Origin: Epiperipatus broadwayi
Taxonomy: Eukaryota > Animalia > Onychophora
Assembly (NCBI GenBank): GCA_028023455.1
Contig: JAQFVV010000009.1
Span: 14,260,001-14,324,000, forward strand
Direction of reading: 5' to 3'
Length of the DNA: 64,000 nucleotides
The translations under genes were made by a program, and so were the position numbers. The notes below the pieces were generated by a model. That model did not search any database. It saw nothing but the letters and a program-made list of their open reading frames with translations, and was not told the origin of the DNA. Positions 41,886-54,541 of the stretch are shown here, piece after piece; within the stretch, counting starts at the first letter, position 1; each line of letters begins with the position of its first letter.

Positions 41886-43299
41886 TATTAATTAATATTG
41901 TAAAATAACATTTTTATAGCTTCTATTAATTAATAGTTATTAGTTTCACTGAAGTCTGATTTCTTTTTAGTGAAAATTAAATCTTTGTATATTAGTGAAA
42001 TTTTAAAAAGTTATGAGTTGAAAATGAGATGATCTAACTTGATCAAAACAATATGATGACTTAGATAAAATATTTTTATATAAGTTTATTTGTATGCATT
42101 TATTTTTAAATTCAAAAGCTGGTTAACATAACTAAAAAAATATTTATGACGTATAATAAATCTTTAGCATTGCTGGTATTATTTTGCTATTGTTTTTTGC
42201 AAATTTATTCTATTTAAAACTATACCATAAACTTTAAATAAACACCTTTCATAATTAAGATTTATATGTATACTGTTTAATATAAAAAAATAGAAACAAT
42301 GCACAATGCTAGCTAGAATCTAAATAAAATATTTTTAAATGTGCATATCTGAATTACTTTCAGCTACATTCCCCCTTTAAATAAAGAAAAGATTCAATTT
42401 TATGCTCATTCAAGGAGTATGGTTGAAAATAATATAGCTATGGGGTCTTAAAAATGTTTAATATATATTATACATTAAATTTATGTCACAAATCAACTGC
42501 AATACCAAAAAGTGATAATCATGTATTACCGAAGACATTTAATTAATAGATATAGTATATACAATATAAGTTCATATTTATGGTATTAATATTCATAGCT
42601 TAATTTATATATCATTATAATTGAGCACATTTACTATTAGATTCAAACATTCTCTAATTCACATTAAATTAACACAAGATATATAACTATGCATGTGCAT
42701 TATCTAAAATAAAAATTTATTTTTTAAAATATTAATAAAATATCTGGAGGTTATTCAAATGCATTGATGTTATCTTTTGTTCAATTGTTATAGATATAAC
42801 AACTGCTCTCTGTTAACATTAAATCTCTTGGATAATTTGTCATCATCATCAGTAACCTATGATGGGCCATGCAATAAAGCAAAATTTTATGTTTACTGTA
42901 GATGTATTTGTTCAATCGGCAATTAATAATAAACTGGAATATATATATATATCGACAGAGTAAAACAAAAAAATCGCAAACTACTCATATTATGTTGATA
43001 ATTTTATAAATAAATAAAACCCCAGATTGATGTTCAACATACTATCATAGAAGAGATTAAAACATTCTCTAATGAAACTGCTCTATTACTCAGATAGAGC
43101 CAACATCACTTGAAAGTTTAGTTGCCATTTTGATTATGCAAAAAAAAAAAAAAAATCCAAGACTTCAAAGGGAAAATCATTCACAAAACTGAAACATGTA
43201 TAGTAGAAGAAAAGGATAATGCATTAAATATTTATATGTATCACTTACACATTAACCTCTTAAAAATTAACAAAGTAATATAGACTGGACTGAAATACA

Positions 43300-43790
43300 T
43301 TAGTACTGTATGTTAATAAAATCATAGACAAAAACATGTAAAGTTTTTAGTAAACTATCATTGAATATAATCATGTGAATGACTGAATCATATAAGTTTA
43401 CTTTTGTAGACACTCATATAACTGCAAACTTTTATTTAGCACATAAGTAATTGAAAAATAAATTGATAAGTTCTGTGATTAGGCACAGAGAGAAATTGAC
43501 CAAACTTGCAGATAAATTATAATTCTAATGAGTGAAGACTGAAATTCCTAAGTTAGATGCTGAAAGAAATGAAACACCATTAAAACTAATGATTTGGAAG
43601 CAAAAATAAAGTAGGAGTCTTGCATTGGTGGTCAAGAGGTCAGCGTGACTGCCTTGCACTAGCAGGTAGTTGCCTGGGTTGCGGGTTTGCGTCTCGGCCG
43701 ATGCTATGACACTTAAAAAAAATTAAGGAGAATAATTAATAAGTTTTTATGAATTCAGTGGTTTTTTATTATTAATATTGCAACAAATAT
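43300..43790 (+). repeat. Duplicated block A, copy 1 (partner ~47393-47760); carries a SINE absent from the partner
   Basis: ttagtactgtatgttaataaaatcatagacaaaaa ... gaaattcctaagttagatgctgaaagaaatgaaa matches ttagtactatatgttaatataatcatagacaaaaa ... gaaattccaaagttagatactgaaagaaatgaaa. Confidence 0.88.
43617..43722 (+). mobile_element. tRNA-Gly-like minimal retroposon (SINE), copy 4
   Basis: gtctt-GCATTGGtggtcaagagg...gcgggtttgcgtctcggCCGATGC-tatgacactt-A tail. The acceptor stem GCATTGG/CCGATGC resembles tRNA-Gly. The paralogous site near 47715 is empty. Confidence 0.88.
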
Positions 43791-45146
43791 ATAAAATATG
43801 CATATTCAATAAAATATTTATAAGATATATTAAAAATAAACAGAGAAATAATATATATATATTGTAAAATGAAAAGGTTTATCATTTAAGCAATCAATAT
43901 AATAGCAAGTAGAAAGGGGAGAGATTTTAAAATAAGAAACAAAAGACTGAATTAGAACTAAACAAAAAAGGGAATAAAACTGGGTAAATTATACCAAATT
44001 TAATTTAAAATAAATGATTTAATATAATAGAAAAATATAATAAAGAAAAAATATAATGATAATTTAAGAATTTAATTAGATTTTCTAATTTTAAAAAAAT
44101 CTAATGAAGGTAATCACTAGTCAAATAAAGCCATAAAAATTTGCTTGTATCTTTTGTTTTAAAAAAAAATACAAATTCGATGATGTTATCTGTAAAACTG
44201 CAAAATAACTTAAAATTGTATTTGATAAGCTCATGTATTTATTAGAAAAGGGAAATGGAATGTAAAGTTATCTAATTAAATATAAAATAATTTTTATCTT
44301 GTCAATATTAAAATTTTGTAAATGATTATTTAATCAAAAAAGGAATACATTTTACTGAAAATCAGTAAACCAGCCAAGTAATTAGATAATTAATACTGAT
44401 TAAAAAAGATTAATTAATTAGAGAAAAAAAAAGATTGAAACTGATTAATGATGTGAATGAATGCAGACAATGATTGGTCAAGGATTAAAAAGCTAATAAA
44501 TTTTTATTAGTTCAGCTAATGAAGTTATTCAAGATAATCAGAATATTCAAACTATTTTACTGCTGTAATTCTAGTGATGTGTAGGAATTTCTGTGGATGT
44601 TTAACATCTTCATGCCCAAAAGGAGTATTAATTTAGTTATTCACCATGCAGTTCCTATAAATTGTTGATAGTATGAGATATGACTAAAACCTTGATCTGC
44701 CATTGCTGAGACATCCACCTGTTATTTGTCCAAGATTATTTTTGGATAAGTAAACAAAGATAAATGCTGCCCAGGAAAAAAATAAACTACAAAGCCACTA
44801 AAGAAACTGGAAGCCAACATAAGAATACTGTTCATGAACTCTAATCACTATCCAAAAAATATGGGTGATTACCTCAAGAAAAATCTCTGCCCATGTAAGC
44901 AAAAGTCAAAGTCTAGAATTAAACTGAAATATGAAGGTAAGATTTATATTTTTCTTATAAACATAACTGAAACTAGAAAATTTGTAAACTCTTATTTCTT
45001 TACATAATCATCATTCTTTATGCCTACATTAGCTGTTTACACAGAGACTAAACTCTCAATACAGCCACTCAGTACAAGACAGAGTAATCATTGGATGCAA
45101 GAAAGTTTTTGCATAAAATCCCTATCTAGTGCCTACTCATTCAATA

Positions 45147-45188
45147 TCCCCAGACTAGTTTCTAGCTGGTGGCTTTCATCAGTAAGAA
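45147..45188 (-). ncRNA. Minimal type I hammerhead ribozyme motif, family 2 (left arm)
   Basis: Minus strand: ttctta-CTGATGA-aAGC cacca GCTa-GAAA-CTA-GTC-tgggga. Confidence 0.65.
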
Positions 45189-45695
45189 GTTTTGAATCTA
45201 AGAGCACTGCACCTAGATCTTAGGATTAAATACAATTCTCCACAAGCCACCTTTTATCTTTTTAGCTGACTATAAAGCTTTGAGTCCAAAATGAAAACAC
45301 AATGTTTTCAATTCAAGCTCATTAGCTTGCATCGATTGATTACCCTGTCTTGTACTGAGTGGCACAACTATATTGAGAATTTAGCCTCTATATAGTGTTT
45401 GCATAAGCATAAAGAATGATGATCATGTGATGTTTAGTGTTTAATATCAATCCTTCCCAATAGAATTATGGTGACTATAGTTATTAAAGAACCAAAGAAA
45501 CCAAAAAAATAAGAATGCTGAATTGAGTTCAGATCTATGTGATGATATAAACTAATGAGCTTGAATTGAAAACATTATTGTGCTTTTATTTTTGACTCAA
45601 AGCTAAATTTATAGTTAAATAATAAAGTAAAAGGTGGATGCTAGAGGGTTGCATTGGATCCTAAGATCTAGGTGCAGTGCTTTCAGATCCAAGAC

Positions 45696-45737
45696 TCCTC
45701 ACTGATGAAAGCCACTAGCTAGAAACTAGTCTGGAGA
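45696..45737 (+). ncRNA. Minimal type I hammerhead ribozyme motif, family 2 (right arm)
   Basis: tcctca-CTGATGA-aAGC cacta GCTa-GAAA-CTA-GTC-tggaga. Palindromic helix III ACTAGT and GUC triplet; A.A mismatch at the base of stem II. Confidence 0.65.
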
Positions 45738-47392
45738 TATTGGATGAGTATGCACTAGATAAGGATTTTATGCACAAATCTTTTTGCATCTATTGATTAC
45801 TTTGGCTTGCACTGAGTGACATTTATGTATGAAGAGTTTAGCCCCTTACTTCCTAATTTAAATTAAAATTAATTATACTAAAATAATTTTGTAATTAGTT
45901 CAATTTTATTTTAGTTTATTAATTTTTGTGTTATAACTTAATATGTGTTACTTGTGTAAATAAATATGCTATTTATTTGTTAATTTGGTCTGAATTATCT
46001 TTTCTCCAAATCTCTCATGGTATGAAATTTAGTTAAAATAAAATTTGTTGATTATATTGTTTATTTTAAAATATTCAATATCGGATAGCCAACAAAAGGA
46101 GTTTCCTTATTTGAGCTAGCTGAGAAATCAAGTGCTGGCAGCATTTAAATCTTTTATTATAGATATTCCAGTTTATTCTCTGATGGCACCTGGATTTTAT
46201 ACTAAGTAAAAAGTATTCACAGAAAATGTATTTTGTTTCTAGAAGTGAAGAATGAGTATAATGGTTTTGAAAAGTTGTTATAGTCTGTGATTATATAGAC
46301 AATCTCAGTCTAACTGTTAGTATGATTAAGATGTAAAATCATGACTATATTTCCCCCTCTGCTGTAATTTTGCTGACATATTTCTCAGTTTTGTAGTTGT
46401 TACCATCATGGACTTCTAGTAATGCATAGAAATCTCTGCAGGCATCCTAATACTATCATGCCCTGCTAGACTTACAAAGGGTGTGTTCATTTGATTTTTC
46501 ACCATGCAGTTTCTATAAATTGTCTATGCTCTGAGATATGACCAAAATCTTGATCTGTCATTGCTGAGATATCCACCTGTCATTCATTCAAGGCAATTTT
46601 TAGATAAATAAATAAAGATAGATGCTACTATGTAAAGAAGAAACTACAAGCCACTAAGAAAACTGGAAGCCAACACAAGAACACTGCTCATGAACTCTAA
46701 GCATGGTCAAAAAGAAGACAGGAGTGATCAGTTCAAGAAATTTCTAACCAACAATTAGGTAATTGTAAGCAAAAATCAAAGTGTATATTTAAACTGAAAT
46801 ATATGGGGTTTTTCATATAAACATTGCTAAAACTAGAAAATGTGTAAACTGTTACCTCCTAATTTAAGATAAGATTAATTATTCTAAAATTGTAATTAGT
46901 TCAATTTTGTTTTATTTTATTAGTATTAATTGTGTAAATAAATATGCTATTTAATTTAACTAATTCAGCCTGAATTCCCTTCCCTCTGAATCTCTCACCA
47001 TATGAAATTTATTTAAGGCAAAATTTGTTAATTATATTGTTTTAATTTAAAATATTCAATATCAGATAGCCAAAATGAAGGAGTTTCCGTTTATTTGAGC
47101 TCGCTGAGAAATAAAGTTCTAGAAACATTTAAAATTTTCTCCTGTAGATATTCATGGTATATGGGTTTTATACCCAGTATAAGTAAAAAGTATTCACAGG
47201 AGAGATATTTGGCTTGTAGAAGTCATAGAGTTGATGTAACAGTCTTGACAAGTGATTGCAGTGTGTGTATTTATAGCCAATCTCAGACTGACCATTATGG
47301 TTAATATGTAAAATATTGACTATATTTTCCTCTATGCTTGTATGCTGGTTTGGATATAAATTTACTTAAAAAATAAATATAAGGTAGGTTCT

Positions 47393-47760
47393 GTTAGTAC
47401 TATATGTTAATATAATCATAGACAAAAAAGTTTTCAGTCTTATTAATAATAGTGTAAGAACAATCATTGGATATAATCATGTGAATAATTGAATCATATA
47501 AGTCTACTTTTGCAAACAGTCATATAGCTGCAAACCTTTACTCAACACATAAGTAAATGAAAAATAAATTGATAAGTTTTGTAATTAGTTGCAGAGAGAA
47601 ATTGACAAATTTGCAGATAAATTATAATTTTAATGAGAGAGGACTGAAATTCCAAAGTTAGATACTGAAAGAAATGAAATATCATTGAAACTAATGACTC
47701 AAGTAAAAATGAAGTAAGAAAATAATTTTATGAATTCAATGAACTTTTAATCATCAATAT
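47393..47760 (+). repeat. Duplicated block A, copy 2 (SINE-empty)
   Basis: See copy 1. Confidence 0.88.
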
Positions 47761-49687
47761 ATTTTTAAGATGCTGAAGCACAGATTATATGCATAGATCT
47801 TAGTGGCTTAATCTCATAGAAATAAGATTATTTTCTTAGGACTAGGCATTGGAAAACATTAGCTTTAATAGTTTTAATCGAACTAAATTGTGGACTAATT
47901 TATAAAAAGTTTATAAGATATAAACTATTTAAATACTTTATATCTAGAGAACATACCCCTTAAGTTTTAAGACTAATATGAGAATTCACTTGAGATATTT
48001 TATATACATTTGATAGAGAATCAGATAAGCTATGTATGAAAATTAAATATATGTAATAAAAATATCCTGCAAGCAAATAAATTTGCACATACATTTTTTT
48101 ATAAAGCTTTATATATAATAGTGTTAACATTAGAAAAAAAATCTTTATTTTTGAAAACAAAATAATTATTCCACATTTTAAAGGCTTTACTGACAAGATA
48201 AGCAAATGTTTCTTTAAATTAAACATCAATATATTATATCTACAGAAAAAAAAAGATTTTTTTTAAAACTAAAAAATTAGATGCATCTAAAACATCAAGA
48301 ACTATATACAATTTTGTTTTACTTGCCACAAATTTTAAAAGGGTCAAATGAATAGATACTTCAATGTAAGAATTAGAAATGATATTAATGCATTTATATA
48401 TCAATTACATCTGGTTTCATTTCACATTTTTTAAATGCAGACCAAAACATTAATTTTGACAAAGTGAAAAAAGTTCCACTAGGATATTATAAGATCACAC
48501 AAAATTTTTAAAAAAGATCAGATAGTTTAAATAAAATGCATTATATTGCTATATTATAGCAAATGCTTTAATTAATCTTCTACAGATCAGCAATAATTGT
48601 ATTGAGTTAGTTGAGATAGTTTATAACTTTGATTTCAACTTTCTTTTTTATTTATTATTGGTCAAAATTCTGATAATACATAAACAAAAAAAAACAATAT
48701 GAAAAGTCTTTAAAAAACTATTAATTTTAGTAATGACAATAGCAGTTCTCAAGAACAAATTAATACTGATGAAGATGAATGAAATTTGGTTTCTCATTTT
48801 TTTTGGAAAATATTTCTGTATTTGTGACATTCTACAAAGTCTTTTTAAATTGATATGTGCATACATTCTCTGATAGTCATAAGAAAAAGCAGCCTTAAAT
48901 AGATCATTGTAAGGCAAAGACTTTTTTACAGTAATAAACATGAAGGACATAATTAGTAAAGATTTGTGTATTTTTCTCTTTTTTTACATTTTAGTTAAGC
49001 TATACTCCCTTTAGCAATCAATAATTTTATAGCTAAATTATTTTTTAAAAAATCAGCTATTCATTTTTTTTTCTTCAAATTTTATTTGAACATGAACCTA
49101 CTGTATGAGTATAGGATATGCATATGCTAAACACTAAATCATAAATTCCTTCTAAGATTCTTATATCTTATATGTGGGTGTGTGTATATATATATATATG
49201 AAGTACCTATCTTAATCCCTTGATTAATGCATAGAAACTAAGTTTCTTAAAGTTGTATGTAAAAACAAAATGGAAAATTAATTTTGTAACTTGGCAGGAC
49301 AATCAATCACATCTCATGCCATGTATAATATATTTATAAGAATTCTCATTTTTAGTAATATTAATTAAAAACGAATTTTAAAAAATGTATAAATATACCG
49401 TAATCACTTTTTACTCAGATGAAGCTATTAAATTATTATCCAATGTAATTAATTTTTCTTTTTTTAGAAGTAAAATATAAAAAAAAAGTTCTAAGACATT
49501 TATTTTTAATAATGTTAGTGTTTTTCGAATGTCACCGTTTGATTAATTATTTGACTAATAATCGAATGGTTTAAAACCTACTGTGTTTCTTTAAATATAC
49601 TGTGTTAATAAACTATTAATTTCCCTAATGCGATAATTATTATATTTAAAATTTATTATTCTAAAATAGTATATGTTTTTTTCCCAG

Positions 49688-49759
49688 AAACAGATGAATA
49701 TAATTATAAATACCACCATGAAGTTTATATTTATATACTGGCAAAGAATATAGATATGA
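49688..49759 (+). other. Candidate 72-nt internal exon (ETDEYNYKYHHEVYIYILAKNIDM), unassigned
   Basis: Acceptor tttttttcccag, donor gtaagg, open symmetric phase-1 frame. No recognised homology; may be chance. Confidence 0.2.
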
Positions 49760-51479
49760 GTAAGGCTCTTTAAATTTTGGTAGTCATTATATATATATAA
49801 ACAAATACAAATGTGATGAAAAGTTTGATATTTTTTAAAAATAGGTGGATAGACAGAGATTGGACAAAATAATAGAAATACTACCTATCATATTCGCACT
49901 ATATTTTAACATTATATATACATAATAAATTTCACATATGTATATTAATAAAAATAATTATACACTTCGTAAAACATATCAATATACATATAAAAAATTT
50001 ATTACATATCAACGAAGTTTAAAACAAAATTATATATACATAAATGTATTATTATTTTTTTTTACAAAAAAACTTTTTGAAGGTGGTAAAGAATTTATGA
50101 TATGAAGATGACAACAGTATTTAAGTTTTTATAACGCAAAATTGTTGTAACAGCACTAATACTTTCAGTAGTCATGCTTCATTTATTAAAATAAAAAAAT
50201 ACATTTTTTAAAAACCGATTATTAATGCTTACTAAGAGAGATCAGTGAATATTATAAAAATTTGTAACCAGAAAAAAAAACCCTTATAAAACAATAGTAA
50301 AAGAACTTACTGAAAACAATAACAGATATCTAAATAATATTCCTATATCTTCTAAAATATAATTTATAAGTACAACATTTAAGGAACAAGTTTCATTTCA
50401 AAATCACTATTTCCTTATATAAATGAATGCTATGAAGACACAAGCCTAAGATTTAGAAAGTGGATGCCTAGAAGCACATTATCCTATAATCAACCAAATC
50501 ACCATTTATATTTTTTATCAGTACATCAAACAAAAACTCCCAGTTTATTTATTTAATATATGAATTTTTCTTAGAAAGTTAATTATTCATAAGTATTATA
50601 AAGGAATTTAGAGAAATTACAAAGTGGATAGAGATTTTAGTGGATTTATTCATTCTTTCAGTTAACCAGGCTTTAGATATGTGTTTTATATTTGTGTTTA
50701 TTCACCTTAATATAAATCAGTGATTTTTAAATTCCATTTAAATGTCAGACAAAGACAGTAACTACAAGTGGTTTGAACCTGATAAGATGCTATTCACAAC
50801 ATTTGTCTCTATTGTTGGATTTTAATAAATCCATTACTTATACCATAATTTATAAGTTGATTGAACATAGAACAATTAGAATGTTAACTCAAACCAATAT
50901 CAACATTCATCTGGTATCTGAGGCATACATATTGTTTAATGAAGTTGATATAAATAATCTTCATCCATATCAAGCACGAATGCAATTTACAGAGATTCTT
51001 GGTAAATTGATCATTAAATGCATCTCAAAAGCCTGAGGTCCTATTCATATACTATCCGAATTGGATAAAATTGCGGAAAAACTAATGAATTTTCCCAGTG
51101 AAGCGCAGTATGTCAAATCAATCATAGAGTTGAAATTGAAATATAAAAACAAGCAGGGGGAGATTGCTGAATATCTTTTGATCAAGAGATCATGACAATT
51201 TATACCTCATCAGCACTGCTGGATCAAGGGCTATTTGAGATGGACCCTTGAGGCTTGCAGAAAGACCAAAGAACCTAGAGTGATTGAGATAGATAGCAAC
51301 CTATATGGTGGGTCTTCCATGCTGGCTAGGATACATGATCATTATGTAGAAAAGTTCAAACCTGATGGACTTGTGATTGAAAGGAAAAATTTTAACTTAA
51401 TTAAAAATTCTATCCACAAAATCACAGAAAAAGAATTATTGATAAATTAAAAATGATGTCAGATAAAACTCATCCTGGC

Positions 51480-53150
51480 TTGCATGGAATTTCAAAATTC
51501 CTCCTGCTACATTTAAGTGTGTTTTCAGTACCAATTATTAAAAGGATGGCAGACCTTTTGGCTGATGGCTGCCAGTAACTTCCAGGGATCAATCCAATTG
51601 TCATGGTTCCCCTGATTAAGAAATTAGAAGGCCCTCAAAACCTGGGGAATCTTAGACCAAAATCGAGGATCCCTCTAATGGTAAAGACAGTTGAGAGCCT
51701 AATTAAAAATATTCAAGATATTATAATTGATCAGCTGTCTTAATGCAAGTTTGCTAAGAGGGAGAGCTTGTTGGCTGATGCTGTGAGCCAATTTTGCCTC
51801 TTGATAGATTACATTTGCATGAAGATGTTGCAGCCAGTCTGAGTTCAGCTTGATTTTGCTGCAGCTTTTGATTATATTAAAGTTGACACACTTATGAGGT
51901 TCTTGGGGGAACTCAAAGTACCAGCCACTGACCTCTAGATGATGGAGAATCTACTGCATAATAAGGAGGTGTTCCTGTCTCTGAATGGGAGAGTGTCGCC
52001 TGATATTTCTATTGCTCAGGGATCACCTCTGAGTGTCATTTTCATAGCCCATGTGAATTCCCTGCTGCTAAGCATTGAGACATCTCCTAAAGGGATTGTC
52101 AAACCTTTGCTGAAGGAGAAGATCCATCACATTTCCTATATGGATGATGTAGTGGTTTTTCTTGCTTTATGTGAGGAGTTCATAAGGCTAGAGGAGCTCT
52201 TGGACCAGTTCAAATATGAATTTAGTCTAAGTGTCAATAAGGAGAAATTGGTGATCTGGTCGATTAAGACTGGAAAGCAAAATTTCCAGCAAGTTCTAAG
52301 CTCTGTTTCAGAAGTTTCTGGGTTTTCATCTAGCTTTCTTCCATCTAAAATGAGGAAGAAAATTGAAGATGTTCTAATGAGAAAGATAACAAAATTTATT
52401 GAATCGTTAGCGAAGATTTATTTATCTTTATTTAGGAAAATTGCACTAATAAATGCAGTCATGCTTCCCAAAATCACATACCTCCTTGTGTTTTTTTTTG
52501 ATGAATCCTTTATAAGGAATGTTAAAACCCAATGTAAGAAGTTATGTTGGAGGGGGAAAGGTCTGATCATCATCCTGGGCCTCCTACAAAAACCTAAGCA
52601 GATGAACAGATTAGGACTACACTCAGTCAAGACTTTATTAATACAGTGTTCTTATAATGTACTTGCCAAATTATTCATGAAAAACCCAGATATGAAGGGG
52701 CCTGTATACCCAGAAGAGATAATTCCTACTGATAGTACACCTCCCCAGGGTGGAAGGCTTTGGATAGAAAAACATTTCTCCCTTGTATTTGACAAATCTA
52801 AAAATAAAGAAGATGGGAACAAATATTCAATAATAAACTGAATTATTGAAACACATATGAACTTATTATTCTGAAAATCAAAAACACAATATTCTTCTAA
52901 TCAGGATATTAAGGTTTACAAGGTTGACCAAATGTCTAAAATTGGAACTGAGGTTTGTTGATTTTTTAATCAAAGTCAACCTCAGGGCTTTGCTGACTTC
53001 TGAATTCCTACATATGAAATGAAATTATAATTTGGATTCTATATGCACTCTATGTAAGTGGTGATGAGACTATGGGACACATTTTGGAAGAGTGTCAAAT
53101 TTGGAATAGCATAAGGAACATCATTAAGTCTCTCATTAAAAATAAAGAAT
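51480..53150 (+). mobile_element. Decayed non-LTR retrotransposon ORF2 (L1/Tx1-like RT plus C-terminal CCHC zinc finger); may extend from ~50750 to ~53600
   Basis: Broken frames give PLIKKLEGPQNLGNLRP and QLDFAAAFDYI. ORF 51939-52841 contains QGSPLS, YMDD and LSVNKEK. Downstream, ICTLC...DETMGHILEEC (~53045-53100) resembles a zf-RVT motif. Confidence 0.88.
51939..52841 (+). pseudogene. Longest surviving reverse transcriptase fragment (300 aa) of the LINE
   Basis: RT subdomain motifs QGSPLS and ISYMDDVVVF. The upstream RT subdomains are interrupted by stops. Confidence 0.85.
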
Positions 53151-53920
53151 CGGCTTGCATAAATTTGATTAAAGCCTTCAAGAATGGACATTTTGGAATC
53201 ATAAGATAGATGACATTCATAAATTTTGCATATGGTCACTGAGAAATAAAATCATCTTTGAAAGTGGAGAAGAATACGACATGATCAAAATGACTGCACT
53301 TATTAGAAGAGATTAAAGAAATAGAATTTTTTTTGCCAGAATTGGCTATTTGACCAGACCTGGTTCCTAATAAACTTAAGACAATATGCAGTATCAGTGA
53401 TGAGAAGAATTCAATGTTGTAAATGAACAAATACAAAAAAAATTGGATTGAATGATTTGCATAAAAATGATATAGATAAACTTTGTATGAAAGAGACTAA
53501 GATCTATAAAAGAAAAGAATGGAGGTCACTAAGATCAAGAAGAAACCAATTTTTTAAATGAAATGGATTGGTTTAAATGGACTAAAGAAATAATTATTTT
53601 AAGGAAGAATATGAAGTAAACAGAAGATCATAATGTGTACAAATAATGAAAGAACAATGCTATTGTGATGTTCTTTAGCTTCATAGTGCAATCTTTATAA
53701 ACTAATGTTGTTTAAAGATAAGAAATTTAATGTTAAATTTTGTAAAATAGTCATCATCAATATTGATAGTAAGATTTCCTTTTATATAGATGATTCTCAT
53801 GGAGTGTGAATAAAATTTCTTTTGAAAGATAAAGTAATAAGATATTGATTTGAGGCATATCTTAAGTGATGAAACTATGTCTTGAGTTAGTGGCAAATTT
53901 TATTTACTTAATAGCTTTTC

Positions 53921-54541
53921 TATTAACAGAAACACACAGGCTTATTATATACCTGTGTCTATATATGTAATATATATGGTATATGAGCACAGACTTTTAC
54001 ATGACCCACCACTCTGTGAAAGTCTGTGCTCATATAGCCTATATATTACATATATAGACACAGTTATTACATATATAGACACAGGTATATAATAAGCCTG
54101 TGTGTTTCAGTTATTACATAAGTAGAGATATCTGCCCATCCCTTGTATATATATTAAACGGATTATGTCCTGTACATGTGGGGTCAGGTTGACTTTAGGT
54201 CAACATGGATGTGACAAAAATCTCAGCCTCAGGGTGGCCTTCGAGTATTCCATCATCAGATTTTCAATTGGATGATGGTAGAAGAGTTGGAGTGTGGAGT
54301 ATATTGAAGCCTGTCCATTAAAGTATGAGGTTTAGCTATCTTAATATATATCTGCACACTTATAGCATATATGTGTAGAGATGGTAATCTGGACCAACTG
54401 GTGATTGCTAATTTAGCATGAAATACATATATTGGTGATTATTTAACTTTTCAACATATATGTGTTGAAGTGTATCAGTGTTATGAGATAGTGTGGAGAG
54501 TGGTGAGTCATGTGAAAGCCTGTGCTCATATACCCTATGTA
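53921..54541 (+). mobile_element. Hammerhead family-1 insertion with inverted 3'-tail copy at its left end and 13-bp target-site duplication
   Basis: ttaatagcttttc at 53908-53920 and 54542-54554. Palindrome 53929-54108. Decayed hammerhead accaa-ctggtga-ttgct aattt agcat-gaaa-tacatata-ttggt at 54393-54436. Body colinear with 17840-18170. Confidence 0.85.

Larger units (their letters stand above)
45048..45841. mobile_element. ~800-bp inverted-repeat element of hammerhead family 2 inserted into block B copy 1
   Basis: Arms ~45048-45335 and ~45545-45841 are reverse complements. The element is absent from block B copy 2, and the junctions show a possible short duplication (cttatttc / cttacttc). 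Confidence 0.88.
44565..47335 (+). repeat. Tandem duplication of ~950-bp block B: copy 1 at 44565-46360 (interrupted by the 45.0-45.85 kb insertion), copy 2 at ~46405-47335
   Basis: Shared segments include caccatgcagtt(c/t)ctataaattg, cttgatctg(c/t)cattgctgaga(c/t)atccacctgt, aaactggaagccaaca and aaaatattcaatatc(g/a)gatagcca. Confidence 0.9.

Noticed and set aside
44770-44850. Minus-strand VFLCWLPV peptide resembling GPCR TM6 (also in block B copy 2)
   Set aside because: It is flanked by stops in both copies, has no other GPCR helices or motifs, and is likely chance in T-rich sequence.
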